Source: an uncultured Planctomycetota bacterium (GTDB lineage Bacteria > Planctomycetota > Planctomycetia > Pirellulales > Lacipirellulaceae). Taken from it: a stretch of 64,000 bases of DNA. The translations under genes and the position numbers were made by a program. The notes below the pieces were generated by a model. It ran no database searches. It was not told the DNA's origin and saw only the letters and a list, made by a program, of their open reading frames with translations. Positions within the stretch are counted from its first letter, which is position 1. Each line of letters opens with the position of its first letter. This document shows, one piece after another, positions 1 to 9,886 of the stretch. The stretch spans positions 32,001 through 96,000 of the forward strand of contig CAVRBU010000013.1 of the NCBI GenBank assembly GCA_963719315.1, given 5' to 3'.

Positions 1-319
1 TCAAGCCATTTGGCTTAACCCAGAATGCCACGCTAAAATCGGCATTGCTCGCGCCCAGCGCGTTGAGGGTGGCAGATGCTGGTGCGATTACATACTGCCC
101 GTCGGCTGCGAAATACGTGCCGAACCGATGGGGCGCAGCGGCCCCCAACGTCGGCCCGCCCGTGTAAGTGCCGTTGTTTGCATTGCCGGAGGAATCCACG
201 GCCACGGCGCCGCTGGTTTCGTCGAGCTTGAGCCACAGCATTTGCGTAGCCCCAGTTGCTGACGATGCGAACAGAGCCGCTGCTCCGAGTGCAATAAGAA
301 TGGAACGGCTGCGAAGCAT
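1..319 (-). CDS. Secreted LamG-like (concanavalin/jellyroll) domain protein, 5' part; runs off the window edge
   Basis: Not in the ORF track. ATG at 319 with GGAGA upstream. Translates MLRSRSILIALGAAALFASSATGATQMLWLKLDETSGAVAVDSSGNANNG...FSVAFWVKP: a signal peptide plus the WxLDE-SG..DSSGN and FSVAFWVKP LamG hallmarks. Confidence 0.75.
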   Translation of the reverse strand, partial: MLRSRSILIALGAAALFASSATGATQMLWLKLDETSGAVAVDSSGNANNGTYTGGPTLGAAAPHRFGTYFAADGQYVIAPASATLNALGASNADFSVAFWVKPNGL

Positions 320-614
320 GGGACTATCTCCGATTCGAGGGGGCGCGAATCTTGGCGTCGTTTTCACACGCCATTGCCTATGAAATCTAGCTCTAGGGTG
401 TTTGCTTTTTTGGGCGGATTGGCCGCAGCGGCTCCGGAAAACATGAAGTCCGGGCGATTCGTGCTATCCTCGGACGATTCGGCACAATTGCGCGTCGGAT
501 AGCAGGAGAATTCCGCCATACTGAACGCGATAACGGTCGTGGAATTGCGGGCCGCTGCCCGCTACAATCGGTTTCATGATTACATTAGCGCCAGACTTAC
601 CAATGAGGCATTAG

Positions 615-1781
615 ATGGCAGGCATCAGAATGACCAAGAATCATGGCCGAAACACCACACAGAATGGCTGGCTGTGGCGCATCGCAACGATCGGAATTAT
701 TTTGGGGTTCACTCTTAGTGCATCTGCGGAGGTGAAAGTGACCGACTTCGGCAAAATGGCGGACGGAACGGCTGTGAAGGCGTACACGATCACCAATAGC
801 AAAGGCGTCGTTGTCAAACTCCTCTCGCGCGGTGCGACGCTCGCCGAATGGCACGTACCGGATAAAAACGGCAAGATGGATGACGTTGTTTTCGGCTGGG
901 ACGATGTCGCCGGTTATGAATCAAAGGCCAATGGCTATTTCGGCGCAATCGCAGGCCGCGTGGCCAACCGCATCGCCGGTGGCAAATTCACGATCGACGG
1001 CAAAGAATACACGCTCGCCAAGAACGACGGTCCCAACACGCTCCACGGCGGCGTCAAGCGCAGCCTCGACAAGGTCGTTTGGACGGGCCAGCCGTTCGAA
1101 AAGAATGGCGCCCAAGGTGTTACGTTCAAATACGTCAGTGCCGATGGAGAAGAGGGATTTCCCGGCAAGCTCACGATTCGAGTCACTTACACGCTCACCG
1201 ATAAAGACGAACTCCGCATCGATTATGAGGCCACGACTGACAAGGCCACACCGATCAACCTCACGAATCATGCTTACTTCAATTTATCTGGCGCAGGCTC
1301 GCCGACTATCTTAGACCACGAGTTGATGATCGCCGCCGATCATTACACGCCGGTCGACGAAACGCTGATCCCCACGGGCGAGATCGCGCCGGTGGCCGGT
1401 ACGCCCCTCGATTTCCGCTCGTTCCACAAAATCGGCGAGCGTGTCGATCAGCTCAACGACAAGCCGGGCAAGGGCTACGACCACAATTTCGTCCTTAACA
1501 ACCAGGACGGCAAACTCGCTTTGGCCGCAAAGGTCCGCGATCCGAAGTCGGGCCGCGTGCTGAGCGTCTACACGACGGAGCCCGGCGTGCAATTCTACGG
1601 CGGCAATTTCCTCGACGGCGCGAAAGCCAAAGGTGGCAAAACCTATGCCTATCGCAGCAGCTTGTGCCTCGAAACTCAGCACTATCCGGACTCTGTCAAC
1701 CACCCGAAGTTCCCTTCCACGATCCTCCGGCCCGGCCAAACGTATAAACACACGTGCGTGTACCAGATTACTGCTGAGTAA
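615..1781 (+). CDS. galM: Aldose 1-epimerase (galactose mutarotase) with N-terminal signal peptide
   Basis: Motifs GRVANRI, NTLHGG, NLTNHAYFNL, GYDHNF, CLETQHYPD. Start may be 630. Confidence 0.92.
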   Translation: MAGIRMTKNHGRNTTQNGWLWRIATIGIILGFTLSASAEVKVTDFGKMADGTAVKAYTITNSKGVVVKLLSRGATLAEWHVPDKNGKMDDVVFGWDDVAGYESKANGYFGAIAGRVANRIAGGKFTIDGKEYTLAKNDGPNTLHGGVKRSLDKVVWTGQPFEKNGAQGVTFKYVSADGEEGFPGKLTIRVTYTLTDKDELRIDYEATTDKATPINLTNHAYFNLSGAGSPTILDHELMIAADHYTPVDETLIPTGEIAPVAGTPLDFRSFHKIGERVDQLNDKPGKGYDHNFVLNNQDGKLALAAKVRDPKSGRVLSVYTTEPGVQFYGGNFLDGAKAKGGKTYAYRSSLCLETQHYPDSVNHPKFPSTILRPGQTYKHTCVYQITAE

Positions 1782-1783
1782 TG

Positions 1784-1886
1784 GAGTCGAGAGCGGAGAG
1801 TCAAGAGTCAAGAGCCAGACGATTTCGTAGATCTCGGCCGTTGACGAAAACTCAGGCTCTCCACTCTTGACTCTCAACTCTTGACT
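1784..1886. repeat. Inverted heptamer (GAGTCAA-like) microsatellite arms
   Basis: gagtcgagagcggagagtcaagagtcaagagcc ... ggctctccactcttgactctcaactcttgact, between galM and the next gene. Confidence 0.75.
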
Positions 1887-1898
1887 TAGGAGCCACCT

Positions 1899-3281
1899 AT
1901 GACGACAAACCGCCGCGAATTCTTCAAGCGCTCGGCTGCGGCCGGCGCGTTGCTTTCGATTCCCTACGGTTGGACCCAGTCCAAGGCCGCAATCACAAAA
2001 AGAGACGATAAGTTCACCGTGGCAGCCATCGGCGTCGGCGGCAGCCGCGGCGCCTACTCGCAGGGCGGCGCCGACGCCAAGAGGGCAGCGCAACTCGGTC
2101 GTTTGATCGCTGTTTGCGACGTGGACAGCATCCACGCCGCCGAATTCAACAAGAAGTTCGACAACAAACTCGCCATGTATGGTGACTATCGCAAGATGCT
2201 GGAACGGGAAAAGCCACAGATCGTCACTATCGGCACGCCCGATCATTGGCACGTGCCTATTGCGATTGCCGCGCTACACGCCGGCTGCGACGTGTATTGT
2301 GAAAAGCCGCTCACGCTCACGATCGAAGAAGGGTTTCGCATTCGTAAAGCCGTAAAAGACACGGGCCGCGTATTCCAAGTTGGCACTCAGCAACGCAGCG
2401 AAAACGAAAGCCGATTCCTCAAAGCCATCGCGATCGTTCAAAGCGGCTGGCTCGGCAAAAAAATCCATGCGTACGCAGCCATCGGCGGCACCGATCCCGG
2501 TGGCCCTTTCCCCACTACGAAACCGGTCGAAGGCCTCGACTGGGATATGTGGCTAGGCGGCGCCAACGCGACCGACTACTCCCGCGAGCGCCGCAAGGAG
2601 TTTCGCTGGTTCTTCGATTATTCCGGCGGCAAGATGACTGACTGGGGTGCGCACCACGTAGATATCGCACAGTGGGCCTTGGGCCACGATCATTCCGGTC
2701 CTGTGAAGGTCAGCGGCGCCGGCAAGTTCACTCCGATCGTACCCGATGAGTTTGATTGGATCGCCTACTTCGACGGCAAGAAAACTTTGCCTAACGCGTA
2801 CGAGACTGCAACCACCTTCAACATCAATCTCCAATACGACGACGGCAACGTGCTCACCGTTTGCGATGAGTACAAGTCCGAAGATGGGAAAACAAAGTTC
2901 CCGAACGGCATCCTGTTCGAAGGTGAGAACGGCCGGATTTTCGTCAACCGCGAAAGGCTCACCGGCAAGCCCGTCGAAGACATGACCAAAGACGAACGGG
3001 CCAAACTCGATGAGGCCGTGATCAAGCTCTACGGCGGCAAACAGCCCGGCAACCACATGGGTAATTTCTTCGACTGCGTCGTCAGCCGCGGCACTCCGAT
3101 TTCCGACGTCGAAACCCACCACCGCACGATGACCAGTTGCCACCTGTGCAACATCGCACTAATGCTCGGCCGCGAACTGAAGTGGGATCCAAAACTGGAA
3201 CAGTTCGAGGGGGACGAGCAAGCAACGATGCTGATGTCCCGCCCGAAACGGGACAAGTATTCGTGGAAAGCGACAACGTAA
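1899..3281 (+). CDS. Tat-exported Gfo/Idh/MocA family oxidoreductase
   Basis: NRREFFK Tat motif; [37 protein letters not shown]. Confidence 0.9.
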   Translation: MTTNRREFFKRSAAAGALLSIPYGWTQSKAAITKRDDKFTVAAIGVGGSRGAYSQGGADAKRAAQLGRLIAVCDVDSIHAAEFNKKFDNKLAMYGDYRKMLEREKPQIVTIGTPDHWHVPIAIAALHAGCDVYCEKPLTLTIEEGFRIRKAVKDTGRVFQVGTQQRSENESRFLKAIAIVQSGWLGKKIHAYAAIGGTDPGGPFPTTKPVEGLDWDMWLGGANATDYSRERRKEFRWFFDYSGGKMTDWGAHHVDIAQWALGHDHSGPVKVSGAGKFTPIVPDEFDWIAYFDGKKTLPNAYETATTFNINLQYDDGNVLTVCDEYKSEDGKTKFPNGILFEGENGRIFVNRERLTGKPVEDMTKDERAKLDEAVIKLYGGKQPGNHMGNFFDCVVSRGTPISDVETHHRTMTSCHLCNIALMLGRELKWDPKLEQFEGDEQATMLMSRPKRDKYSWKATT

Positions 3282-3322
3282 ATTCTGTTGAAACTTGATG
3301 AGCTACGAAGGCACGAAGGGGA

Positions 3323-3474
3323 AATGACCAATGACCAACCTAAACTCCCAATGACCAACTCCCAATGACCAACTCCCAATGACCAACTCCCAATGACCAA
3401 CTCCCAATGACCAACTCCCAATGACCAATAGCCCATTTTGAAAATTGGTCATTGGTGCTTGGTCATTGGTCATT
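3323..3474. repeat. Tandem 14-bp repeat (AACTCCCAATGACC x6, 3343-3426) with an inverted TTGGTCA arm (3445-3474)
   Basis: Six perfect adjacent copies with no spacers. The downstream ttggtcattggtgcttggtcattggtcatt is complementary. Confidence 0.95.
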
Positions 3475-3522
3475 CTTCATAGGGTTTTTTGCGGTATGAA
3501 ATTTCAAATCCAGGAGGAAGCC

Positions 3523-4344
3523 ATGAAGCGGTTCATCGTGTTGACGAGCATAGTAATGGTCATGTTCGCTACAGGCGGAGCCCTGGCTCAAACTGGTTCA
3601 GATGTTGCCAAGCGCCTCGATTCATCTCCCCGCCACCACGAATGGGTCGATATCGATTCGGCTAATGGCCGCAAAGTCCACACCTGGGTCGTCTACCCGC
3701 AGGTCGATCACCCGGCCACGACCGTGGTCATCATCCACGAAAACCGCGGCCTTACCGATTGGGTCCGCGGAGTCGCCGACCAACTGGCCGAAGCAGGCTA
3801 CCTGGCCGTCGCGCCAGACTTGCTAAGCGGCACCGCACCGGGCGGCGGCAACACGCCCGAATATGGCTCCGAAGATAAGGCGATTCAGGGCATCTATAAG
3901 CTGCCGCAGCCACAAGTCACCGCCGACCTGGATGCAGTATTCAAGTACGCCAAAGATTCGCCGGCCGGCAACAAGGTCGTCGCCGTCGGCGGCTTCTGCT
4001 GGGGCGGCGGCCAGACGTTCGCCTACGCGACGCACAACCCCGATATCGCCTCCGCCTTTGTTTTCTACGGCCCGGCGCCCAAGAACGCGGCCGACTACAA
4101 AAAAATCGCCGCCCCCGTTTACGGTTTCTACGGCAGCCAAGATTTCCGCATCTCCGGCGAAGTACCCACCGTTGAGAAACGGATGAAGGAGCTTGGCAAG
4201 AAGTACGATCCAGTTATTTACACGGGCGCCCAGCACGCCTTCATGCGCCAAGGCGAAATGACGACCGACACCGCAAACCCCAACCGCAAAGCCCACGACC
4301 AAGGCTGGGAACGCCTGAAAAAACTGCTCGCCGAACTCCAGTAG
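3523..4344 (+). CDS. Secreted dienelactone hydrolase family protein
   Basis: CAGGAGG RBS, signal peptide, IHENRGL, GFCWGG nucleophile motif, HAF. Confidence 0.88.
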   Translation: MKRFIVLTSIVMVMFATGGALAQTGSDVAKRLDSSPRHHEWVDIDSANGRKVHTWVVYPQVDHPATTVVIIHENRGLTDWVRGVADQLAEAGYLAVAPDLLSGTAPGGGNTPEYGSEDKAIQGIYKLPQPQVTADLDAVFKYAKDSPAGNKVVAVGGFCWGGGQTFAYATHNPDIASAFVFYGPAPKNAADYKKIAAPVYGFYGSQDFRISGEVPTVEKRMKELGKKYDPVIYTGAQHAFMRQGEMTTDTANPNRKAHDQGWERLKKLLAELQ

Positions 4345-4591
4345 GGTAGGGGATGCCTGCATCGTAGCTGAAGCAGCAACAGCGGCTGACGGAGATGTTG
4401 GCCCTGGCCCGGGAGCTCATTGGGCGGTCGCCGACGTATTTCGAACTCACCAGCGATGCCGAACGCGTCGTCCCGCGCGTTGAACCTAGCCGAGTGTAGT
4501 CAGCTCGCGGAGCGAGCGGGCTACACTGGCCCGTTTGACACAGGCCCCCAGAGGAATAAACTAAGGCCCACGTTGGAATGGCGTTGTTTGT

Positions 4592-4661
4592 GGTTGGTGG
4601 GGCGGTGCGCAGCGACCCCCGGGCGCGCTGGGGGGCTCCCTTGCGGTCAACCCAGGCACCC
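4592..4661. repeat. Degenerate REP-like palindrome
   Basis: gcgcagcgacccccggg-cgcg-ctgggggctcccttgcg imperfect stem, ending in aggcaccc. Confidence 0.4.
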
Positions 4662-4694
4662 CCTTCTGATAATTCTTCGATTGGAAATCAATTC

Positions 4695-5534
4695 ATGGAA
4701 AAATGGCCCATTGGCGTGTTCGCCAGCATCGACGCTGGCCTCGGAGTGCGCCTCGAAGTTGCCCGCGACCTAGGCGTCCACACGATCCACCTCCACACGC
4801 CCCAAGCATCCTCGCGCACGCCCGAGCAGGCCGCCGAGTTCAAGAAGCGACTCGCCGACCTCGAGATCACGATCACCTGCGTCTTCGCCGGCTTCGAAGG
4901 TGAAAGTTACGCCGACATACCGGCAGTAAAACGCACCGTCGGTCTCCTGCCGCGCGAAACCCGTGCCGCCCGCACGACTGAATTGAAAGATATCGCCGAC
5001 TTCGCCCGCGAGTTGAACGTGGCGGTCGTCGGCGTCCATCTGGGTTTCGTCCCACACGACAAATCGGACCCCGACTACCGCGAGCTGCTCGATATCACCC
5101 GCGCGGTGTGCGATCATTGCAAGCGCAACCGCCAAGCGCTGCACCTCGAAACGGGGCAGGAGCCCGTGGACGTGTTGATCGAGTTCCTGGACGATGTCGA
5201 GCGCGACAACCTGTTCGTCAACTTCGACCCGGCCAACATGATCCTGTATGGCGCCGGCGAGCCGATCCCGTCGCTCGAGCAACTCGGATCGCGGGTCCGC
5301 AGCATCCACTGCAAAGACGCCACGTGGTCCGACCGCCCAGGTGAAACTTGGGGCCGCGAGGTGCCGCTCGGCGAAGGTGCCGTCGATTTCGATGCCTTTC
5401 TGCACACGCTCAACAAAATCGGTTACATCGGCCCCCTGACCATCGAACGCGAAATCCCCCAAGAACCCGAACGTCAAAAAGCCGAAATCGGCCGGGCGAT
5501 TGATCTGCTCGAACGCCTGAAGCGGCAAATGTAG
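4695..5534 (+). CDS. Sugar phosphate isomerase/epimerase (xylose isomerase-like TIM barrel)
   Basis: LETGQE, VNFDPAN, HCKD, LTIERE metal-binding motifs. Confidence 0.88.
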   Translation: MEKWPIGVFASIDAGLGVRLEVARDLGVHTIHLHTPQASSRTPEQAAEFKKRLADLEITITCVFAGFEGESYADIPAVKRTVGLLPRETRAARTTELKDIADFARELNVAVVGVHLGFVPHDKSDPDYRELLDITRAVCDHCKRNRQALHLETGQEPVDVLIEFLDDVERDNLFVNFDPANMILYGAGEPIPSLEQLGSRVRSIHCKDATWSDRPGETWGREVPLGEGAVDFDAFLHTLNKIGYIGPLTIEREIPQEPERQKAEIGRAIDLLERLKRQM

Positions 5535-5618
5535 CAGGCATGCTCCTCATGCCGTAGCTGCGACAGTGTAAACGTACGAACTCAGTTTCAATTACGGCAC
5601 GCGGAGTGTGCCTACTAC
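5531..5618. repeat. GTAG-type REP doublet (family A); its GTAG supplies the upstream gene's TAG stop
   Basis: GTAGCAGGCATGCTCCTCATGCCGT ... ACGGCACGCGGAGTGTGCCTACTAC inverted arms. Confidence 0.8.
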
Positions 5619-5642
5619 TTTCGAACACAAACAGGCAAACCC

Positions 5643-7019
5643 ATGGCGGTCCGCACACGTCTCTCCGTGATGATGTTCCTGCAGTATTTCGTGTGGGGCG
5701 CGTGGTTTGTCACGCTCAGCACTTATCTCTCCACCACCCATGACGCCGCAGGCGCCCGCTTTTTCAATGACAAATTCATCGGCTTCGCTTTTGGCACAGC
5801 AGCCATTGCGGCCATGATCGCCCCATTTTTCGTCGGTATGGTCGCCGACCGGTTCTTCTCCACCGAACGAATTTTGTTCGTCTTGCATATCGCCGGGGCG
5901 TTCATTCTGTACTGGCTTTCGGGCATCGTCGCACCGCGCGTCTTGTATATTGGCATGATTGCGTACTTTCTGACCTACATGCCCACACTCGCCCTCACCA
6001 ATTCGATTTCTTTCCATCATCTCGACGACCCCGCGCGTCAGTTTCCCGGAATACGCGTTGCCGGCACGATTGGCTGGATCGTCGCCGGCCTCTTGGTCGG
6101 CTCTCTGTTCATGTCCGGCACTTCGCTGTTTCATCCCCAGCAAGTCGGTTTCAGGCTTGTGCATCCGTTCGGAATACAGAAGACCTTGGAACTAGGCGAC
6201 CAACTTGCCGACAATCTAAAGATCGAAGCCACTGCAATCCCCATGCAAATCGCGGCCGTCGGTCAAATGCTGCTCGGGCTGTTCTGTCTCATCCTGCCTC
6301 ATACGCCGCCCGCTCGGCGCGAAAGCCAGTCCGCGAGAGATGTCCTCGGCCTTGACGCCCTCGCACTTATGAAGCAGTGGCCATTTTTTGTGTTCGTCGT
6401 CGGCTCATTCCTGATTTGCATCCCGTTGCAGTTTTATTACACGTTTACCAATCAATTCCTCAACGAGATCCATGTTGCGAACGCCGCAGCGAAGCAGTCG
6501 TACGGCCAAATGTCGGAAATCGTATTTATGGTGCTGATGCCTCTGTTTTTCGCGCGCTTTGGCGTGAAATGGATGCTGCTCATCGGCATGGCAGCCTGGG
6601 CGATTCGCTACGTGCTGTTTGCGTACGGCGACGCCGGCCCTGCCGTCTGGATGCTTTACATCGGCATCCTCCTGCATGGCATCTGCTACGACTTCTTCTT
6701 CGTCACCGGCCAGATTTACGTCGATAACAAAGCGCCTGGTCATGTCCGTGCGGCGGCCCAGGGCTTTATCGCATTCGTTACCCTGGGGTTGGGACTCTTC
6801 GTGGGATCGATCGTGTCGGGGAGTGTCGTCGATCATTTCGCGATTCAGGGCACCACGAATCAGCACAACTGGCAGGCGATTTGGCTGGTGCCAGCCGCGA
6901 TGGCCGCCGTCGTGATGGTGCTGTTCGCGTTGCTATTTCACGACTACGGCGACGGACGCGCCCCGCACGAAGTCGATTTGGAACGGGCAACGCGCACCCC
7001 GGAGGAGGCGCCCCGATGA
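5643..7019 (+). CDS. MFS transporter, nucleoside:H+ symporter (NupG/XapB/YegT) family
   Basis: RLSVMMFLQYFVWGAW, GMVADRFF, IRVAGTIGW, LHGICYDFFFVTGQIYVD. Confidence 0.9.
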   Translation: MAVRTRLSVMMFLQYFVWGAWFVTLSTYLSTTHDAAGARFFNDKFIGFAFGTAAIAAMIAPFFVGMVADRFFSTERILFVLHIAGAFILYWLSGIVAPRVLYIGMIAYFLTYMPTLALTNSISFHHLDDPARQFPGIRVAGTIGWIVAGLLVGSLFMSGTSLFHPQQVGFRLVHPFGIQKTLELGDQLADNLKIEATAIPMQIAAVGQMLLGLFCLILPHTPPARRESQSARDVLGLDALALMKQWPFFVFVVGSFLICIPLQFYYTFTNQFLNEIHVANAAAKQSYGQMSEIVFMVLMPLFFARFGVKWMLLIGMAAWAIRYVLFAYGDAGPAVWMLYIGILLHGICYDFFFVTGQIYVDNKAPGHVRAAAQGFIAFVTLGLGLFVGSIVSGSVVDHFAIQGTTNQHNWQAIWLVPAAMAAVVMVLFALLFHDYGDGRAPHEVDLERATRTPEEAPR

Positions 7020-8065
7020 TTCGCGTCGGCATCGTCGGCATCGGGTTCATGGGTTGGATCCACTGGCTCGCCTACCAACGGATAGGCGGCGCGCGCGTGG
7101 CCGCCGTTAGCACCCGCAACCCGCAACGGCTCGCCGGCGATTGGCGCGGCATCCAAGGCAACTTCGGCCCGCCGGGCGAACAGGTGGATCTCAAAGGAAT
7201 CGCCGCCTACGCCCAACTCAGTGACCTGTTGAACGACCCGCAGGTCGACCTTGTCGACATCACTCTACCGCCGTTGCTTCACGCCGACGTCGCCATCCGC
7301 GCTCTCGAAGCCGGCAAGCATGTGCTGTGCGAAAAACCGATGGCCCTTACGCTGGTCGATTGCGAGCGGATGGTCGCTGCCGCCAAGAGGGCTAACCGGC
7401 TGCTCATGATCGGCCACGTACTGCCGTACTTTCCCGAGTACGATTGGGCCCTCAAAATCATCCTCAGCGGCGAATTCGGCCAACTGCGCGGCGGCGCGTT
7501 TCGGCGCGTGATCTCCGATCCCACGTGGCTCACCGACTTCTGGTCCCCCGACCACGTCGGCGGACCGATGCTCGACCTGCACGTCCACGACGCCCACTTC
7601 ATTCGCCTCCTGTTCGGCATGCCGCAAGAGGTCACCACCTGTGGACGCCTGCGAAAAAAGCTCCCCGAATTCTGGCACTCCCAATTCCGCTTCCCCGGCC
7701 GCGACTTGGTCGTTGAATCCACAAGCGGCACGATCGATCAACAAGGCCGACCCTTTACGCACGCCTTTGAGATCCATTTAGAACAGGCTACGCTCGCGTT
7801 TGACTTCGCGGTTATGGGCGGGGCAGGGCGGTATCTCTGCAAGCCTATGCTGCTCGACCCAAAAGGCGCCGTCCAAAACCCCGAACTCTCTGGCGGTGAC
7901 CCGATCGACGCTTTCGTCAGCGAGCTGAGCGAAGTAACGCACTGCGTCCGCGACGGCAAGACCGCTCAAATTCTCGGCGCAACTCTCGCCCAAGACGCCA
8001 TCCGCTTGTGCGAAGCACAAACGACCAGCTTGCAAACGGGACGGTCGGTAGCGATCTCTACCTAG
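7016..8065 (+). CDS. Cytoplasmic Gfo/Idh/MocA family oxidoreductase
   Basis: MIRVGIVGIGFMG, LCEKP, DLHVHD; ATGA overlap with the transporter stop. Confidence 0.9.
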   Translation: MIRVGIVGIGFMGWIHWLAYQRIGGARVAAVSTRNPQRLAGDWRGIQGNFGPPGEQVDLKGIAAYAQLSDLLNDPQVDLVDITLPPLLHADVAIRALEAGKHVLCEKPMALTLVDCERMVAAAKRANRLLMIGHVLPYFPEYDWALKIILSGEFGQLRGGAFRRVISDPTWLTDFWSPDHVGGPMLDLHVHDAHFIRLLFGMPQEVTTCGRLRKKLPEFWHSQFRFPGRDLVVESTSGTIDQQGRPFTHAFEIHLEQATLAFDFAVMGGAGRYLCKPMLLDPKGAVQNPELSGGDPIDAFVSELSEVTHCVRDGKTAQILGATLAQDAIRLCEAQTTSLQTGRSVAIST

Positions 8066-8188
8066 ATGGCCGGGCTAGCCGGGTTTCAGCCGGAGAATGC
8101 GGGAAGCAGGATGCTGGGGGCAGGCACGAGACGATTGGGCTTAAGCTCCTCCCCCCGGCAACCTGCATCCCGTATCCCCGGCCTCCTG

Positions 8189-8194
8189 TATAAT
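8189..8194 (+). promoter_or_regulatory. TATAAT -10 box 6 nt before the ATG; candidate leaderless promoter
   Basis: tgTATAATcgcgacATG, with no Shine-Dalgarno. Confidence 0.5.
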
Positions 8195-8200
8195 CGCGAC

Positions 8201-8773
8201 ATGGCGCTGCTCATTGATGGCTACAACCTGCTCAACGTCACTGGCATTTTCGGCGAGGCGGGCCCCGGCACGGAACTGCATCGCACTCGGTTGGCCTTCT
8301 TGGACTATCTCGCCTCGTCGTTGACGAAGCGGCAGCGCAGCGAGTCAACGATCGTCTTCGACGCCGCCGGCGCGCCGCCCGGATTGCCGCCGACGATCTC
8401 ACACGAAGGCATGACCATTCATTTTGCGCGGCGCAACTCCGAGGCCGACGAGATGATCGAGGAGCTTCTGGAACAATGGTCGTCACCCCGCTCACTTACG
8501 GTCGTGTCGAGCGATCATCGTGTGCAACGCGCCGCCCGGCACCGAGGGGCAAAGTTCGTCGACAGTGAAAAGTGGTACGCCGACCTGCGTAAAGCGCGGC
8601 GCAAACGCGCCGCGAAAATGGAGGATTCAACGGCAAAACCAGCCGCAAAGCCCTCGTCGGATGAGCTTGCCTACTGGCTCGGCGAATTCGGCGAAGGGCC
8701 GAGCACTCCCCAAAACACGGACAACCCATTCCCACCCGGCTACGCGGACGAGATCGCAGAAGACGATATGTAA
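8201..8773 (+). CDS. NYN-domain (YacP/Rae1-like) ribonuclease
   Basis: LLIDGYNL, IVFDA, EADEMIE, VVSSD acidic motifs. Confidence 0.85.
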   Translation: MALLIDGYNLLNVTGIFGEAGPGTELHRTRLAFLDYLASSLTKRQRSESTIVFDAAGAPPGLPPTISHEGMTIHFARRNSEADEMIEELLEQWSSPRSLTVVSSDHRVQRAARHRGAKFVDSEKWYADLRKARRKRAAKMEDSTAKPAAKPSSDELAYWLGEFGEGPSTPQNTDNPFPPGYADEIAEDDM

Positions 8774-8798
8774 AAGTTCGGCTGCCTTCATCCGGCTC

Positions 8799-8855
8799 AT
8801 AGCTGGATTCACAAGAATTCACTGATGGCGGCAGAATTCTAGCGAATCCAGCTAC
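8799..8855. repeat. GTAG-type REP doublet (family B) between convergent genes
   Basis: TAGCTGGATTCACAAGAATTC ... GAATTCTAGCGAATCCAGCTAC; a related copy lies at 61940-62105. Confidence 0.75.
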
Positions 8856-8863
8856 TGCAAGCG

Positions 8864-9715
8864 CTATTTGCCGGAACCCTGAACATTCGCCAGCGACGCC
8901 GGAGGCTCGATCGGCCGAAACGTGATTTCACCCGTAGAACGCAGGTCGATTTCGTACATTTTGCCTTTTTGAACGCGCATTGCGACCGCCGCGCCGTGGG
9001 CTGCGTGAATTCCTAAGTCCGCTGCCTGCTTCGGGTCATTGGCGATCAACCAGAAGTCGTTCCATATCTTTTGTTCGAACTCACTCATCTTCGTGCCGCG
9101 CGCGTACGCCGTCGGCCGCGTGCCGACCGTATCAATTTGAAAACCGACCGCCGGCTCTTGATGCTCACCAAAAATGCGCTGGAACAGTACCAGAGACGTC
9201 GAACGATCGAGATCCGATTGCTCGATGAATTTGTCGTCGAACGTTACGTGTAAGTAATCGACGTACACCATGTCGCCCACGATGTCGAACTGCTTGGGCG
9301 GCCCGATCGGTTCACCCTTCTCATTGACTTCCGTGAATTCGATTTTCGTCGTGACATTCGTGCGCGAGGCTCCGTTCTCCGTGCCCTCGACCGGCGTGAC
9401 CGGAATCAAAGACGGAACTTCGTGCTGATCGATCACCTTCACTCGGGCCAGCCGATGTCGCACTTTCAGCAACTTCATCCGGACCTCCAGTCGATCGACT
9501 TGGGCAGTCTTGTCGGCGAGATTCTTGCTGAGTTCGGCATTGCTGCTGAGCGCTTTTTCCAGCTCGGCCTGCTTATCGGCCAACTGCTGCCGCGGCGCGT
9601 TGTAGAGGTCATATGCCTTGTACCCACCGACGCCGGCGCCAGCAATCAGCACCATTAGCAGCAGATTTCGAAATGCCGAGTTAACATTCGAGATCGTGTC
9701 GTTGACGCGGCCCAT
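8864..9715 (-). CDS. Hypothetical membrane-anchored coiled-coil protein
   Basis: N-terminal TM segment, then heptad-like QQLADKQAELEKALSS..., then a globular domain; GGAGA RBS. Confidence 0.7.
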   Translation of the reverse strand: MGRVNDTISNVNSAFRNLLLMVLIAGAGVGGYKAYDLYNAPRQQLADKQAELEKALSSNAELSKNLADKTAQVDRLEVRMKLLKVRHRLARVKVIDQHEVPSLIPVTPVEGTENGASRTNVTTKIEFTEVNEKGEPIGPPKQFDIVGDMVYVDYLHVTFDDKFIEQSDLDRSTSLVLFQRIFGEHQEPAVGFQIDTVGTRPTAYARGTKMSEFEQKIWNDFWLIANDPKQAADLGIHAAHGAAVAMRVQKGKMYEIDLRSTGEITFRPIEPPASLANVQGSGK

Positions 9716-9886
9716 CGAAGAATCTCCGTGTAAGAATAGGTGTGCGGGAGGTGCCTCCGGCGCCGATGGACGCGTTCCTATTGCAGCGCGGCATCGACCT
9801 CGGACCGGCCTCCCTCAGCCCGGATGGCTGTGCTGACTAATCTAAGGATACCGCGCCGTCCGACGAGCGACAAACAACTGGCCTTA

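Noticed and set aside
3343..3426. Possible CRISPR array
   Set aside because: The 14-bp units are directly adjacent with no spacers, and there are no cas genes in the window.
3029..3436. ORF with repeated [13 protein letters not shown] peptide
   Set aside because: It is simply a translation of the 14-bp DNA repeat, antisense to a real gene.
4368..4499. Short open frame LKQQQRLTEMLALARELIGRSPTYF...
   Set aside because: No convincing start or RBS and no recognisable family; at most a gene remnant.
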